Source: a virus
Taxonomy: Duplodnaviria; Caudoviricetes
Direction: 5' to 3' (one strand)
Virus record (IMG/VR): IMGVR_UViG_3300010293_000478
Location: 1-53,894 of that record
Length of the DNA stretch: 53,894 nt
The notes under the pieces were generated by a model that made no database searches, had not been told where the DNA came from, and was given only the letters and a program-made list of their open reading frames with translations. Positions within the stretch are counted from its first letter, which is position 1, and each line of letters starts with the position of its first letter. A program made the position numbers and the translations under genes. This document shows positions 28,890-39,481 of the stretch, in pieces.

Positions 28890-29185
28890 AGTAAACTATT
28901 TTCAACGCATTTTTGTAAAACAACTTTTCTCGTTATGGTGTCATCTTTTGGCCACCACCAGCCCTCATCCAAAACATGCTCGGGTTTCTGAGTTTTTAAT
29001 TCAGGCAACTCTTCAATCATCTGCTCAACCCTTGCCATGTAGAACCCTTCCCAATGATACCCCAAACTTTCACAAGTGTGTAAAAGTACATGACATAACC
29101 CTGCCCACGATCTACCACCATCGTATAGTTGGGTGGCTTTTTTATAAACTAAATAACGTTGGTATTGGTTTTTTAGTGATTTCAT
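28886..29185 (-). CDS. Hypothetical protein; likely start MKSLKNQ
   Basis: GLC...LPEL...WWWP pattern; the ORF-track start lies inside a terminator hairpin. Confidence 0.5.
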   Translation of the reverse strand: MKSLKNQYQRYLVYKKATQLYDGGRSWAGLCHVLLHTCESLGYHWEGFYMARVEQMIEELPELKTQKPEHVLDEGWWWPKDDTITRKVVLQKCVENSLL

Positions 29186-29203
29186 GACTTTTCTTTTTAA
29201 AAC

Positions 29204-29244
29204 AAAAAGGGGTGGTTTAAAAATCAATCTAAAAAACCACCCCC
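29204..29244 (-). terminator. Rho-independent terminator after the SSB gene
   Basis: GGGGTGGTTT...AAACCACCCC followed by TTTTTG on the minus strand. Confidence 0.7.
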
Positions 29245-29259
29245 GAACTAAAACAACGC

Positions 29260-30486
29260 CTACTTACCCAAACGGGCTTGTTCGTCTAAACAATCCTCCC
29301 AAACATCACAGGAATCACAATCTTTGTGTTTTTCGCAGTCATGCCCAAACTTATGACCAAAGGGGCATTTGTTAGCATCACCGGTTGATTTACCTTTCTT
29401 TATCGGAGGTGCCGCATCCTCGTCCTCATCATCCTCAACCGGAGCTGGTCTTCTGCGAATCGGGGCATCTGCTGACTTTTTACTCGGTTTTGAAGGGGGA
29501 GGTGTGTCATCCTCATCCTCATCATCCTCATCCTCAACCGGGGCTGGTTTTCTACGGATAGGTGCCGGAGGGTCTTTTTTATTAGAACGGTTGACCGGAG
29601 GCGCTTCATCCTCATCCTCATCACCCTCATCCTCATCATCCTCATCCTCAACCGGGGCTGGTTTTCTCTGACCACCAGCATCTTTTCTTTTACGGAAATT
29701 AACCACCGGTTCCTCCTCAATGGAATCGTCTTCAGTCGCTGCAGTATCAGGAGCATCCAATTCCAAAAACAATGCTTCCAATTCTTTGTACGACTTGATG
29801 GTCAACATCTCGTCCAAATTAGGAATATGTTTCAAAATGGAGTCATCAAACTGCTCCGGACGTTCTTCAAAGTCAATCCGGGTTGCCTCTGAAAATTTGT
29901 TCTTACCAATGGCTTGTTCCTCAAACCGGACTTTCAAAGTATAACCGTCCTCATGGTCGGGAAAATTGTTGAATTGTGGATTTTCCTCCAATTCTTCATT
30001 CAGTAATTTTTGAAAAAGGTAGTGGGAAATATCCCAAACCATTATCTTCTCGCCATCCTTTTTAGTCTTGACCATTATGGCATAAAGATTACGCTGACTG
30101 GGGCGTAACGGGTCAGTGACTTCCTTTGAAGCGCCTTCCTTAATCATTTTTTCCCGGGCCTCACAAATTGGACAACGTTTGCCAAAGCTACGAGGACACA
30201 CCACCGTATCATTTGCGGCACCAATATTCCGGTGAGTTTTGAATGGTAATTTATACCACAATTCTCCGGGGATAGCAATCTGCCAGTCGTCATCACGGTC
30301 AGGGTGTTTATCCATGGTCACCAAGTACGGGAGGATATCAATATGAACCCGTCCGGGTTCCTCTTTGAAAACATTTACACCACTTGGTAATTTCAGGTAG
30401 CCATAGTTAGACCCCTGACTTTTCTGACGATTTGTGTCCTTTCCCACCTTATCGCCGAACCTACTCTTTTTTTGAATTTTCTTCAT
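29260..30486 (-). CDS. gp32-like single-stranded DNA-binding protein with acidic repeats
   Basis: H...CP...CPIC zinc site, three R(K/R)PAPVED-acidic repeats, next to UvsY-like and RecA genes. Confidence 0.7.
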   Translation of the reverse strand: MKKIQKKSRFGDKVGKDTNRQKSQGSNYGYLKLPSGVNVFKEEPGRVHIDILPYLVTMDKHPDRDDDWQIAIPGELWYKLPFKTHRNIGAANDTVVCPRSFGKRCPICEAREKMIKEGASKEVTDPLRPSQRNLYAIMVKTKKDGEKIMVWDISHYLFQKLLNEELEENPQFNNFPDHEDGYTLKVRFEEQAIGKNKFSEATRIDFEERPEQFDDSILKHIPNLDEMLTIKSYKELEALFLELDAPDTAATEDDSIEEEPVVNFRKRKDAGGQRKPAPVEDEDDEDEGDEDEDEAPPVNRSNKKDPPAPIRRKPAPVEDEDDEDEDDTPPPSKPSKKSADAPIRRRPAPVEDDEDEDAAPPIKKGKSTGDANKCPFGHKFGHDCEKHKDCDSCDVWEDCLDEQARLGK

Positions 30487-30625
30487 TTGATTTTTGAATT
30501 TTAGTTTTTCTGTTAAAAGTATCCATCCACGCCGCCATCTGCATGGAAGAAAGTAAGTATGTTAAGAACATGAGTATTGGTATACCCAGTAGAATACCAA
30601 TCACATATTTCAGTATAATAATCAT
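30461..30625 (-). CDS. 54-aa membrane peptide (below ORF-track cutoff)
   Basis: Manual translation MIIILKYVIGILLGIPILMFLTYLLSSMQ...; ATGA overlap with the upstream gene. Confidence 0.5.
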   Translation of the reverse strand: MIIILKYVIGILLGIPILMFLTYLLSSMQMAAWMDTFNRKTKIQKSNEENSKKE

Positions 30626-31101
30626 CTGCCCCTCCTCATAGCCTTGCCTACAGCCTCATTTGCCCGCCTTTGGGCGGCCTCGCGAACCTCTGCCAAATCG
30701 TGTGGTATTTTAGGTCCGGCAAAGTATTGTTGTCCGTGAAGTCTGACCAAATTCTCCAATGCTGACTTCCGATGTTGGATTGCCTCAATAGCCACCTGTA
30801 ATAAATTGACCTGATACGTAGCATCCACAAATCTGCTGTAAGCAGTTTTATAATCATCCTGTTGCTGAATCATAGCAAACAATGCAGCCTCAGTTACCTT
30901 ATTAAGTCCATAGGATTCCGGATTGTTGCGAATTGCCAAATCCAACTCAGCTTTCACCAAGTTTAAATTCTCCTTTGCTAAATCCAATTCCTGACGGGCT
31001 TCGGCACTTTTCATGCCATAACGCATCATCAATGAGGGTTGTTCCAACCACTCCAAGTCAAGGTTTGATTCATCAATTCTTAAATCTGCTTCGTAATTCA
31101 T
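30622..31101 (-). CDS. UvsY-like recombination mediator
   Basis: IDESNLD.EW.EQ and KVTEA patterns; helical; next to SSB. Confidence 0.6.
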   Translation of the reverse strand: MNYEADLRIDESNLDLEWLEQPSLMMRYGMKSAEARQELDLAKENLNLVKAELDLAIRNNPESYGLNKVTEAALFAMIQQQDDYKTAYSRFVDATYQVNLLQVAIEAIQHRKSALENLVRLHGQQYFAGPKIPHDLAEVREAAQRRANEAVGKAMRRGR

Positions 31102-31107
31102 TTTTGA

Positions 31108-32028
31108 TTAATTTGAATTAACAACACTATAACAGGCATAAACCAGTCCGGGAAACCCTATATTAAAGAATGGTTCGTAAAAACATTCTATAACATAAGC
31201 CGCCTGATTACTCGACTGCTTTAATAACACACTCTGCGCATAACCAAGCACATGGCGGCGTACGCCCTCAGCGTCCTGATCCTTCAATCCATTTAGTATT
31301 GCGGAAACCCTTTTCCAATCTGACCCACTTATCAATGCCCGGCATAATTCAATGGATTGACTTTGTTCCTCTGCTGCTCTTTGGGCTGTAGCTAAACGTT
31401 GAGGGGTATCCACCCTCAACACCTGATCAAGTATTTGTAAGGCATTACGGGGGTGTCCGAGCGAGTCCTGTATAATTTGCTCGTATATGACCTTTGCCAA
31501 ACTATCCTCCTCAGCTTTTACCACCTTCCGCAAAAGTAACATCATCTCTGAATCTGTTAATAACTTAACCATGAAGGTGCTACAACGTCCTTTTATTGTA
31601 GGTAATAATTTTTGAGGATCAGTAGTACATAGAATAAAGTATACATGTTTTGGAGTATCCTCCAATGTTTTCAACAAGGCGTTTTGAGCATCATTAGTCA
31701 TCTTATGACACTCATCAATTATCCAAACACTGGCAGAACCTTCCACCGGTTTGTAGGTGACCTGCTTCCGTATATCTCGAACGGTGTCGATACCCCGGAA
31801 ATCTGCAGAATCCACCTCACGTATATCCAAACCAACTGCCCCGATTTCCTCAGCGATAATACGGGCAATTGTAGTCTTACCACATCCAGTTGGCCCGGTC
31901 AATAGTATAGAGTGCGGGAATTTCTCCCGTTGATTAGGCACTAACATAGCCTCCAATACGGAAACCAATTCGGTATTACCAAACAACCCACTCAAGGAAT
32001 CCGGTCGATATTTAAGGTACAAACTCAT
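31108..32028 (-). CDS. Clamp loader AAA+ ATPase (DnaX/RFC-like)
   Basis: LYLKYRP, GPTGCGKTT, IIDECH, AQNALLKTLE and TIKGRC motifs. Confidence 0.9.
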   Translation of the reverse strand: MSLYLKYRPDSLSGLFGNTELVSVLEAMLVPNQREKFPHSILLTGPTGCGKTTIARIIAEEIGAVGLDIREVDSADFRGIDTVRDIRKQVTYKPVEGSASVWIIDECHKMTNDAQNALLKTLEDTPKHVYFILCTTDPQKLLPTIKGRCSTFMVKLLTDSEMMLLLRKVVKAEEDSLAKVIYEQIIQDSLGHPRNALQILDQVLRVDTPQRLATAQRAAEEQSQSIELCRALISGSDWKRVSAILNGLKDQDAEGVRRHVLGYAQSVLLKQSSNQAAYVIECFYEPFFNIGFPGLVYACYSVVNSN

Positions 32029-32366
32029 GCCTTACTCCTTTCAATCAACGAAATAATACTCATAACACCACTTGGTATTGTATTCATTCGTTTAATTTTA
32101 TGCAACCAAGCATTGTTTACCAAAATAACAGCCGCCAAAAACTCAGCCGGGTCCTCATAGGCTAACAATGATTTTGCAATAAGTTCCGGCATAGCGTTTG
32201 AGTCTTCAAATAGCAAATCCAATTGCGCCTCATTATCATCTATCCATGAATCTGGTAATCCAAGGTTATTGGTAATCGATGTAGAATTTTTATTCTCCTC
32301 AAATAGAGTTAACAAACTTTTCCTGACTACCCGGAATGCATCTAAAGTTACTTCATCGGTTTGCAT
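32025..32366 (-). CDS. Hypothetical protein
   Basis: ORF preceded by the TGTATAATA motif; contains QLDLLF. Confidence 0.5.
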   Translation of the reverse strand: MQTDEVTLDAFRVVRKSLLTLFEENKNSTSITNNLGLPDSWIDDNEAQLDLLFEDSNAMPELIAKSLLAYEDPAEFLAAVILVNNAWLHKIKRMNTIPSGVMSIISLIERSKA

Positions 32367-32408
32367 TGAATAATTTTTGCTATATTATACAATATTATTA
32401 AGGTTGTT

Positions 32409-33806
32409 TTAAATTTTATAAAAACTTAAATCTGCCCAACTGGCATCAATCTCACCTAAATCAACCTCCACATCCATAGGCACGATAATCCACCGCCAAT
32501 GCTCAACTAATTCCTGAGTCATGACCTGTTTTATCAATTTAGAAACCCGGACCAATTCCGGAGGGTATATATCAAACACAATAGCATCATGAATCTGACC
32601 AATTATTTTGGATTGTAAATTTTGTAAAGAAAATAAATAATCCAACCGAATCAATGCCCACAATAAACAATGAAATGCCACGCCCTGCACCGGGTAATTA
32701 ATTATGTTGTTTGGTCTTAAAACCCCGGAACATCGGAAACCAGTGAACATATCAAAATAACCCTTTTTCTTATACTCGGCAATCCATTGCTCTTTCCATT
32801 TGGAATAAATAGGAAACCTTTTTGTCCAAAAATCATCCTCAATCACCCGAACATGCTCAATATAGTCATCCAAATTTTTAAAACCATTTGAGAGCATCAA
32901 ATCTCCCAGTGCGAAACCATCCTCAAGTGGTAAACCTTGTCCTTTTCTCCAATTACCATGGTCAGGGAGTTTCCCCCAAACAATGGCTAAATTAATAGCA
33001 CTATTCTTGTAGTAATCACCATAAAATTGAGGGAAAACAAATGAATTTTTTGCTGCTGATCTTAAAGTAGAATGAGCCGGATTGCTTTTAGTAAAATTAG
33101 ATAAACCAAATAATTGAACCGCCATATCACCATGCATGTCCGTAGTAGGATCTTTTATGTAACGTAGCATGGTTGGGTCCTTATGATAACACGCTGCTAT
33201 CCTGACCTCAATACCTTTAAAATCGACTTCCATTAATTGATGACCTACGCGTGGAAATAAAGCCCGGCGTGTTAATAACATAGCCTCTTTATCTCTTTTA
33301 GGTATGTTTTGAAAGTTAGGTGAGTCACTACTGGAACGAAAGGTCTTGACCAAATGTAAATTGTAAAACGGGTGTATAAACCCATCCACCTGCTCACGCA
33401 TAAACGCCCCCAAATAAGTATCACGAACTTTCTTTAATTTCCTTATTTGAAGCAAATCAACTAACTCCGGAATGTCCAATTGAAGTAAGGCATCCTCATC
33501 AGTGCTACCTTTACCACTCTCCGTTAGGGTGGTTGGTTTGATTTTCTTTTTATCATATAGAAATGTAGCAAGCTGGTCGTTACTATTGATATTGACCCGT
33601 CCTCCAAAACTATTATACCAGTGGCGATAAAATGAAGTTTCAAAAAACCGCTTTTCCAGTAAAGCTATTTTCCGGGTCAAATGATCATGCTTACTTTGGC
33701 AATATTCCATGTCGACCCGGATACCCTGACGCTCTGCCCTTGCCAATGCCAAAGCTCCGTCATGAAGTAATCTATAAGCCTCCCGTCGTGTTGGTTTTAT
33801 AAGCAT
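32409..33806 (-). CDS. polA: Family A DNA polymerase, polymerase subunit
   Basis: RSSSDSPNFQNIP, motif A DFKGIE, motif B RSAAK...FYG, motif C QIHD. Confidence 0.93.
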   Translation of the reverse strand: MLIKPTRREAYRLLHDGALALARAERQGIRVDMEYCQSKHDHLTRKIALLEKRFFETSFYRHWYNSFGGRVNINSNDQLATFLYDKKKIKPTTLTESGKGSTDEDALLQLDIPELVDLLQIRKLKKVRDTYLGAFMREQVDGFIHPFYNLHLVKTFRSSSDSPNFQNIPKRDKEAMLLTRRALFPRVGHQLMEVDFKGIEVRIAACYHKDPTMLRYIKDPTTDMHGDMAVQLFGLSNFTKSNPAHSTLRSAAKNSFVFPQFYGDYYKNSAINLAIVWGKLPDHGNWRKGQGLPLEDGFALGDLMLSNGFKNLDDYIEHVRVIEDDFWTKRFPIYSKWKEQWIAEYKKKGYFDMFTGFRCSGVLRPNNIINYPVQGVAFHCLLWALIRLDYLFSLQNLQSKIIGQIHDAIVFDIYPPELVRVSKLIKQVMTQELVEHWRWIIVPMDVEVDLGEIDASWADLSFYKI

Positions 33807-33807
33807 A

Positions 33808-35013
33808 TCAAAAAGGTAAAAAATCGTAATCTAATTCCTCAATCTGTTGTTCAGCAATCCTGTAGGTATATATAGCGTCCGAGGCACAATACTTCATTAA
33901 TCTTTGTAAACCATCCTCACTTTTAGTCAACTCCATGATATTATTAAATGAATTGGTATCCGGTGCCTGCAAGTAACGGGCAATCTCTGACGAATAATCA
34001 ACAATCCCGAGCCGAACATACGCTTGAAACTTTAATCCGGTAACGCCATCTCTATTGTCAAGTAAATGAGACGCCAGCATAGTGTCAAATGCCCATGACT
34101 CGACCGGCTGGCGCAACACCACATTGGACCAATGGTCCTCATACTTCATGTTTTGTGCAATCTTATATACGCCCGGGTTTGCTAATAAATCCAAAAAAGG
34201 TTTTCTACCTTCTTTAGTTACTGGCATCTTAAATACATAGCAATGAGTAGATGATGTCGCCACAGCCACGCAAACAACACGATGACCAATAGCATGAGGT
34301 TTCAAACCAGTGGTTTCATAATCAAACGCTATTGTAGACCCGGTTGGTATTGTATATAAAGGGGTTAGGTCTTCCAAAACCTGCATCGTAAAGTTTGGTT
34401 GGCGTTTCCATGGTTCTTTTAATTGATCAACCGCCTTCTTTATGTCTTGTTTAAAAAACAATTCATAGTCGGAACCCTTGGATAAAACAAGACCCGGTGC
34501 AAATGTAGGAGCAACGTAACATTTCAAATCCTGATCCGGAATGACAAAACCACGCCACTTATCTATTTTATCCATATCCTTAGAAAAACGTTGACCAATC
34601 AAAGAAATGACCGCAGGCATTCCCAGCAGTATTATCAATTTTGGTTGGTACTCTTTGATGTGAGAAAATACAATACGCCTGCAGCAATTCAATTCATGAG
34701 GTGAGGGTAAACGACCTCCCGGGTAGCAATTAATTGCGTTGATACTAATACAATCGTTATGTAAATCAATGCCCGCTGACTCCAAACTCTCCTCCAGTAA
34801 TTGCCCTGACCGGTCTTGCCAATGTTTTCCACGCGAATCATCGGCCTCGGTTGGCGCCTCCCCTATTAGCATTACATGTTTCTTAAAACCACCGGTTGGT
34901 TTCATTTTAGCGGTATGAACATCTCTATACAAACCACAGGCAAAACAAGTCAGGGACTTACCACCAACCCGGTGCAAAGATTCAGTTTCCTTTTTACTAA
35001 AAAACCCTTGCAT
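33808..35013 (-). CDS. Family-4 UDG-like domain fused to a 3'-5' exonuclease (N-terminal part of split PolA); likely start MQGFF
   Basis: CFAC, IGEAP, NAINC, PKLIILLG; then FDYETTGL, QNMKYE, DTML and YCASDA. Confidence 0.88.
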   Translation of the reverse strand: MQGFFSKKETESLHRVGGKSLTCFACGLYRDVHTAKMKPTGGFKKHVMLIGEAPTEADDSRGKHWQDRSGQLLEESLESAGIDLHNDCISINAINCYPGGRLPSPHELNCCRRIVFSHIKEYQPKLIILLGMPAVISLIGQRFSKDMDKIDKWRGFVIPDQDLKCYVAPTFAPGLVLSKGSDYELFFKQDIKKAVDQLKEPWKRQPNFTMQVLEDLTPLYTIPTGSTIAFDYETTGLKPHAIGHRVVCVAVATSSTHCYVFKMPVTKEGRKPFLDLLANPGVYKIAQNMKYEDHWSNVVLRQPVESWAFDTMLASHLLDNRDGVTGLKFQAYVRLGIVDYSSEIARYLQAPDTNSFNNIMELTKSEDGLQRLMKYCASDAIYTYRIAEQQIEELDYDFLPF

Positions 35014-35015
35014 AC

Positions 35016-36035
35016 TTAGGATGCTCTTAATATCGCAATATAGACCCAATTTTCACCTTCAAATTTAATACGAGAATCCCCTACTACAGCCTCCAACGTT
35101 TCTTTTAGAACCTCGATAAAAAGATAGGGGGTTATGGAGAAAGAAAGGGGGTTGCCGGAAAACTTCATGTTAGCATCCTCCTCAAACCAACCGGTTTCTG
35201 ACTCAGCCCGTATATTAATGCGATTGTTTGCCACGCTCACCACCACGCTCTCATCCAAGAAATGATCCCTTTTACCCATAACAGCCGCCCTCTCAAGTAT
35301 TTCCAATATGGTTTGTGGGAATTTGATTTCCGCTCCTGACACCTCAAGTAAACGGGCTATGTCCGGGAAAGACTCCTGCAAAACCCGGGAACTTATTTGA
35401 GTACCAAATTCGTTCCGGAAATGAATCCAATTATCAGCAACGGAGACCTCTGTAGGGTTGTAACGCATAATAACTGCTAAATTGGTAGCTGGTATTAAAA
35501 CCGGTTCTTCCAATTCCACCGGATCGTCAAAATAGGCAACGCCCAGTCGAAAACCATCAGAGGCGGTACAGCCACTCTGCTCAAATTTAACAGCAGTTAA
35601 TACCGGACGAGACATATCCCTCGACGCGGCACCAATAACCTTTTGTACAATGGCGTTAAAGCTCGTAGGCAAGGTAATCCAATCTTCTGCCTGACCAACC
35701 TCCTCCAACGGAAGTGTAATTTTAGCCTGTAGCGCAAAACCCGCCCGGGAACGACCGGCAGTCAATACAATTTCACTCTCTGTGACTTCCAAATCAACTT
35801 CATCCTTTTTCATTTTACTGAGCATTTTATACATCTGCTCAGCTTTGATTGCGCCCTCAAACGTCAGACCGGTCACCGGGTGACTTATGCTCAAGTCATC
35901 ATTGTAAGTCACCACACAACCATCCTTGAAAATAAAAGAATCTGTCTGCTCGATTATGTCCTTACTACCGAGTGCTGGTTTTACAATTTCCAACGCCTCC
36001 AACAAATCATTTTTTTTGATCACAACTTTTTTCAT
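35016..36035 (-). CDS. dnaN: DNA sliding clamp (DnaN/beta-like)
   Basis: 339 aa; SRPVLTAV, ASDGFRL and FPDIARL motifs. Confidence 0.85.
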   Translation of the reverse strand: MKKVVIKKNDLLEALEIVKPALGSKDIIEQTDSFIFKDGCVVTYNDDLSISHPVTGLTFEGAIKAEQMYKMLSKMKKDEVDLEVTESEIVLTAGRSRAGFALQAKITLPLEEVGQAEDWITLPTSFNAIVQKVIGAASRDMSRPVLTAVKFEQSGCTASDGFRLGVAYFDDPVELEEPVLIPATNLAVIMRYNPTEVSVADNWIHFRNEFGTQISSRVLQESFPDIARLLEVSGAEIKFPQTILEILERAAVMGKRDHFLDESVVVSVANNRINIRAESETGWFEEDANMKFSGNPLSFSITPYLFIEVLKETLEAVVGDSRIKFEGENWVYIAILRAS

Positions 36036-36210
36036 CTCTTTGCTTTTTACGGGAAACCCTCCCTATTTTAACATACTGAATTAATTCCTCATCTGTAACT
36101 TTTTGCTCCTTTATAAAATGATAACTAACCAAACGAGTATTAGCCCTCTTTTTTGTTAAGGAACGTCCTAATGTTTCATCAACCAACCACGTAGCAAAAT
36201 ACACTTTCAT
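36007..36210 (-). CDS. Small protein resembling the DpdA N-terminus
   Basis: MKVYFA...RLVSYHF aligns with MKVWFA...RLYSYHY of the upstream gene. Confidence 0.6.
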   Translation of the reverse strand: MKVYFATWLVDETLGRSLTKKRANTRLVSYHFIKEQKVTDEELIQYVKIGRVSRKKQRDEKSCDQKK

Positions 36211-37247
36211 TCAAAAAACCCTTTCATTACTTTTTTAGTATGAAATGCCCACGGCCACTCCGGCATGTTTTGTTCCAAATCCAGAAAGTAAATTATGTTA
36301 AGCTCATCACGTTGAACATAGTTGTTGGACAATCCGGGCTCCTCAATGATTTCCAATAAACGGGTTTTAATGCTTTTATCTACTGGTTTCTTCTCTGCCC
36401 ATTTTTCCCCCGGCTTTAGTTCATCATAAGTTATTGGACGTTTTTCAAATCGGGACTTACCAAGCACAAAACCCTTCTCATGGATGTAATTCATAAAAAT
36501 AGACTTTTCTACGGGAGTCAAAGTCGTTATGTGCTTACCGGCATCCTTCTGATTAGGACTGCGATTGGAAACCGCTATTTTCCACGAATTTTCATCGTAA
36601 ACCCACTCTCCACCCTTATAACGAGGAATCATAATAGACCCCAACCTCCCCGTAAGCACCCAGCTTGTTGAGTCAACAGAGTACCACGGGTAGCGTAGCA
36701 TCAGTGGTAAACTGGTCATGCCAAATGCATGTACTTTAACTTTTGGCAAACCAGTCGAATCAACTAAATAATTGGACCAAATTCTATCCAGATACAAAAC
36801 CAAGTCGGAGGTTTTTACCAAACCCCCTAAACATATGTAATCATATTTTTCCAACAAAGGAACCAAAAACTCATCAGGGTCACTTCCATGATGGAAAACA
36901 GGCAAAGGTTTCAAACCAGCCGCTTCCATTTTCTTCAAATTACGGGCACTGGCAATAGGATTACCAATGACATCCAGATTAGCATAAACAGTAAGTAAAT
37001 GCTCATGCTCTTTTATGAAGGCTATATAAGCATCAATATCAATGGAAAGACCCTGTGACTTTGCCGAAAACGCACCGGAATCCAAAAACAAATCAATTTT
37101 ATTAGTCATACAATACTGAATTAAAGTGCCCACATTAAAAAAATCAATATGAACATAATGATATGAATATAAACGACCCACACCGTATGAATGCAATACA
37201 TGCTCCCGTGATAAAGTACCAGTATTACCAGCAAACCACACTTTCAT
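36207..37247 (-). CDS. dpdA: DpdA-like DNA-guanine transglycosylase (TGT fold)
   Basis: [28 protein letters not shown] and SVDSTSW motifs; next to folE and queC. Confidence 0.8.
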   Translation of the reverse strand: MKVWFAGNTGTLSREHVLHSYGVGRLYSYHYVHIDFFNVGTLIQYCMTNKIDLFLDSGAFSAKSQGLSIDIDAYIAFIKEHEHLLTVYANLDVIGNPIASARNLKKMEAAGLKPLPVFHHGSDPDEFLVPLLEKYDYICLGGLVKTSDLVLYLDRIWSNYLVDSTGLPKVKVHAFGMTSLPLMLRYPWYSVDSTSWVLTGRLGSIMIPRYKGGEWVYDENSWKIAVSNRSPNQKDAGKHITTLTPVEKSIFMNYIHEKGFVLGKSRFEKRPITYDELKPGEKWAEKKPVDKSIKTRLLEIIEEPGLSNNYVQRDELNIIYFLDLEQNMPEWPWAFHTKKVMKGFFE

Positions 37248-37852
37248 CGCAACAAACTCATTAATTCCTGCCGAGCCTGCGACTCCGTCATAAACACCCC
37301 TCTCATACTGCTGGTGCTCATAACTGAGTTTTGTTTACCCACCCCACGCATCCGCATGCACATATGGGTAGCCTCAATTATACAGGCAGCCCCCTTTGGT
37401 TTTAGGTACTCCATAAGGGAATCAGTCACCTGATCTCCAATCCGCTCCTGAATTTGTAAACGCCGGGCAAATATATCAACCAACCGGGCAAGTTTGGAAA
37501 TACCTATAACCTTTCCGTCAGGTATATACGCTACATGAGCCTTGCCAAAGAATGGTAACATATGGTGCTCGCACATGGAATACAATTCAATATCCTTCAA
37601 TAGTACAATCTGGTCATACCCACCGGAATCAAACACAGTCAAAACATCCTCCGGTTTCTGCGAATAACCCCGGTAAAGTTCAGACCATGACTTAACCACC
37701 CTTTTAGGAGTATCCAATAAACCCTCCCGGTTAGGATCCTCCCCGATAGCAACCAGTATAACCTCAATATTGGTTTTTAACAATTTAAAATCGTCAACAA
37801 ATAACAATGAACTATCTTCTTTCATACTCCTAACTCCTTTCGTAGTAAACAA
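37244..37852 (-). CDS. folE: GTP cyclohydrolase I
   Basis: [31 protein letters not shown] and HMCMRMRG motifs. Confidence 0.97.
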   Translation of the reverse strand: MFTTKGVRSMKEDSSLLFVDDFKLLKTNIEVILVAIGEDPNREGLLDTPKRVVKSWSELYRGYSQKPEDVLTVFDSGGYDQIVLLKDIELYSMCEHHMLPFFGKAHVAYIPDGKVIGISKLARLVDIFARRLQIQERIGDQVTDSLMEYLKPKGAACIIEATHMCMRMRGVGKQNSVMSTSSMRGVFMTESQARQELMSLLR

Positions 37853-38487
37853 TTATCACACCTACCACAAGGTGGTGTGAAGTAACAACTGTACGTTTTG
37901 TTGTAATCCACACCCATTTCCCGCCCACAAACAATCACATCTGTTTTATCCCAGCGCAATTCGTAAAACGGAGCCCTGACCCGGACTTGATGAGAATATC
38001 CGAGTTGACTAATTAAGTTAATAATGTCAACAAATTGGGGTGAATTATCACCCGTAAGCAATTTATAAGACCGACGGTTCATCCATTCCGCCTCACCATA
38101 TAAATAACCAAGCAACAACTCATCTATTTTATTGGCAGAACAGTAAGCAAGGGCGTATGTTAACATAATTGAATTGCGCCCCTCTACAAAGAAATCAGCA
38201 TACCGCAATTTATCCCAATCAGCCAACGGATTTACCTCATTTGGTACATAGTTTGATTGGAATAATCCCGGACGAGCCTGCCAGTCATGTATTGGTATTT
38301 TTATCACCACAAGTGGGGGTAGGCTTAACTTAGTTATATGATGATTTAACAATTCGATCTGCTTTTCAAAAACAAGCTGACCATAATCAACCGTAATTAC
38401 GGTTGGTGATAAACCCTTGTATTTGTAAAGCAAAGTGGTGGAGTCTAATCCACCTGTTGCCATTATGGCTGTTTTAGGTTTATGCAT
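37822..38487 (-). CDS. queC: QueC-like PP-loop enzyme (copy 1)
   Basis: TGGLDST, DYGQ, EGRN, DNSPQF, SCY...CGRCDNC motifs. Confidence 0.8.
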   Translation of the reverse strand: MHKPKTAIMATGGLDSTTLLYKYKGLSPTVITVDYGQLVFEKQIELLNHHITKLSLPPLVVIKIPIHDWQARPGLFQSNYVPNEVNPLADWDKLRYADFFVEGRNSIMLTYALAYCSANKIDELLLGYLYGEAEWMNRRSYKLLTGDNSPQFVDIINLISQLGYSHQVRVRAPFYELRWDKTDVIVCGREMGVDYNKTYSCYFTPPCGRCDNCLLRKELGV

Positions 38488-39155
38488 TTTTGTATGTCAT
38501 TAATTTCAAAACCTCGATTTTTAGTAACACTTTCTTCAAGAAAAGCAAGCAGATGATCTACAGGGTTATTAAGCCAATGACCAGACGTATCAATGCCATT
38601 AAGCTCCAAAGCCACATATTTACGTAAACAAGACCGACAAATACCACAAGGCTTATGCAACCCCTCATAACAACTAAACGAGTTAGTCAGTAGATAAGAC
38701 GCAGGGTGGTCTTTCTCAAGGTATAAAGCAACTAATTCTGTCTTAGTTAAATGCTTGAAAGGCAGATCAATAACAAAAGGACCTTGAATCAATACTTTTT
38801 GAGTATCGGTAGAAAAGTAATTCAAAACACCCTCTACCTGACTTTTAAACACATAGTCCTTATCTTTAGTCGTATCACCTAATGTAAAACCAAATATGAT
38901 ATGATTAGCGTAATTGGCGGCAACTAATGCCAAAAAATGATTACGAAAAGGTATTATGTTATTTTTCAACGAAAAAGCAGCTAAAGGCATACCCACCTTA
39001 ATAACTCCGGGAAAGTAATTATCTATTACTGACTGCTCCATTCGATTTTCAGCAGTGCCCATGTCTACGAATAAACACCTCTCATTCGGAATTTGTAGAA
39101 TAGATTTAATTAAGTAAGAATCCAAACCCCCACTAAACATCAATAAGTTGGCCAT
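38463..39155 (-). CDS. queC: QueC-like PP-loop enzyme (copy 2, divergent)
   Basis: SGGLDS, IPFRN, LTK, SCY...CGICRSC motifs. Confidence 0.75.
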   Translation of the reverse strand: MANLLMFSGGLDSYLIKSILQIPNERCLFVDMGTAENRMEQSVIDNYFPGVIKVGMPLAAFSLKNNIIPFRNHFLALVAANYANHIIFGFTLGDTTKDKDYVFKSQVEGVLNYFSTDTQKVLIQGPFVIDLPFKHLTKTELVALYLEKDHPASYLLTNSFSCYEGLHKPCGICRSCLRKYVALELNGIDTSGHWLNNPVDHLLAFLEESVTKNRGFEINDIQKCINLKQP

Positions 39156-39388
39156 CTCACTCCTCCTACATTTTTATCATCTATATAAGCATCAGCTCTC
39201 AATTTATCCATAACAAGTGCATGATATTTTATGCCCAGCTCAAATAACTCACTTTCAGTCTGCTTGCGAGTAGCAGATGATCTTGCAGTATAGATAACTA
39301 TAAAATTATTAGGATCCTCGTACAATTGACTAACTATATTTGGATTAATATTAGCAGTTCCATCAAAATCAATTGCTATAACACGCAT
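39140..39388 (-). CDS. Minimal HAD-superfamily phosphatase-like protein
   Basis: IDFDGT, YTAR, K...YIDDK (all four HAD motifs). Confidence 0.75.
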   Translation of the reverse strand: MRVIAIDFDGTANINPNIVSQLYEDPNNFIVIYTARSSATRKQTESELFELGIKYHALVMDKLRADAYIDDKNVGGVRWPTY

Positions 39389-39421
39389 CTATCACTTTTA
39401 TAAGATTAATAACTTTATTTT

Positions 39422-39463
39422 AAAAAAATGCCGGGATGCTCCCAAAAATAGGCGCAATCCCGG
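39422..39463 (-). terminator. Probable Rho-independent terminator
   Basis: CCGGGAT...ATCCCGG followed by a T7 tract on the minus strand. Confidence 0.55.
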
Positions 39464-39481
39464 AATAATCTCATAAACATA

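Noticed and set aside
33804-33810. UGA read-through by the UCA tRNA-like RNA joining exonuclease and polymerase
   Set aside because: The polymerase ATG is one base out of frame with the stop (TGA-T-ATG), so read-through cannot fuse them.
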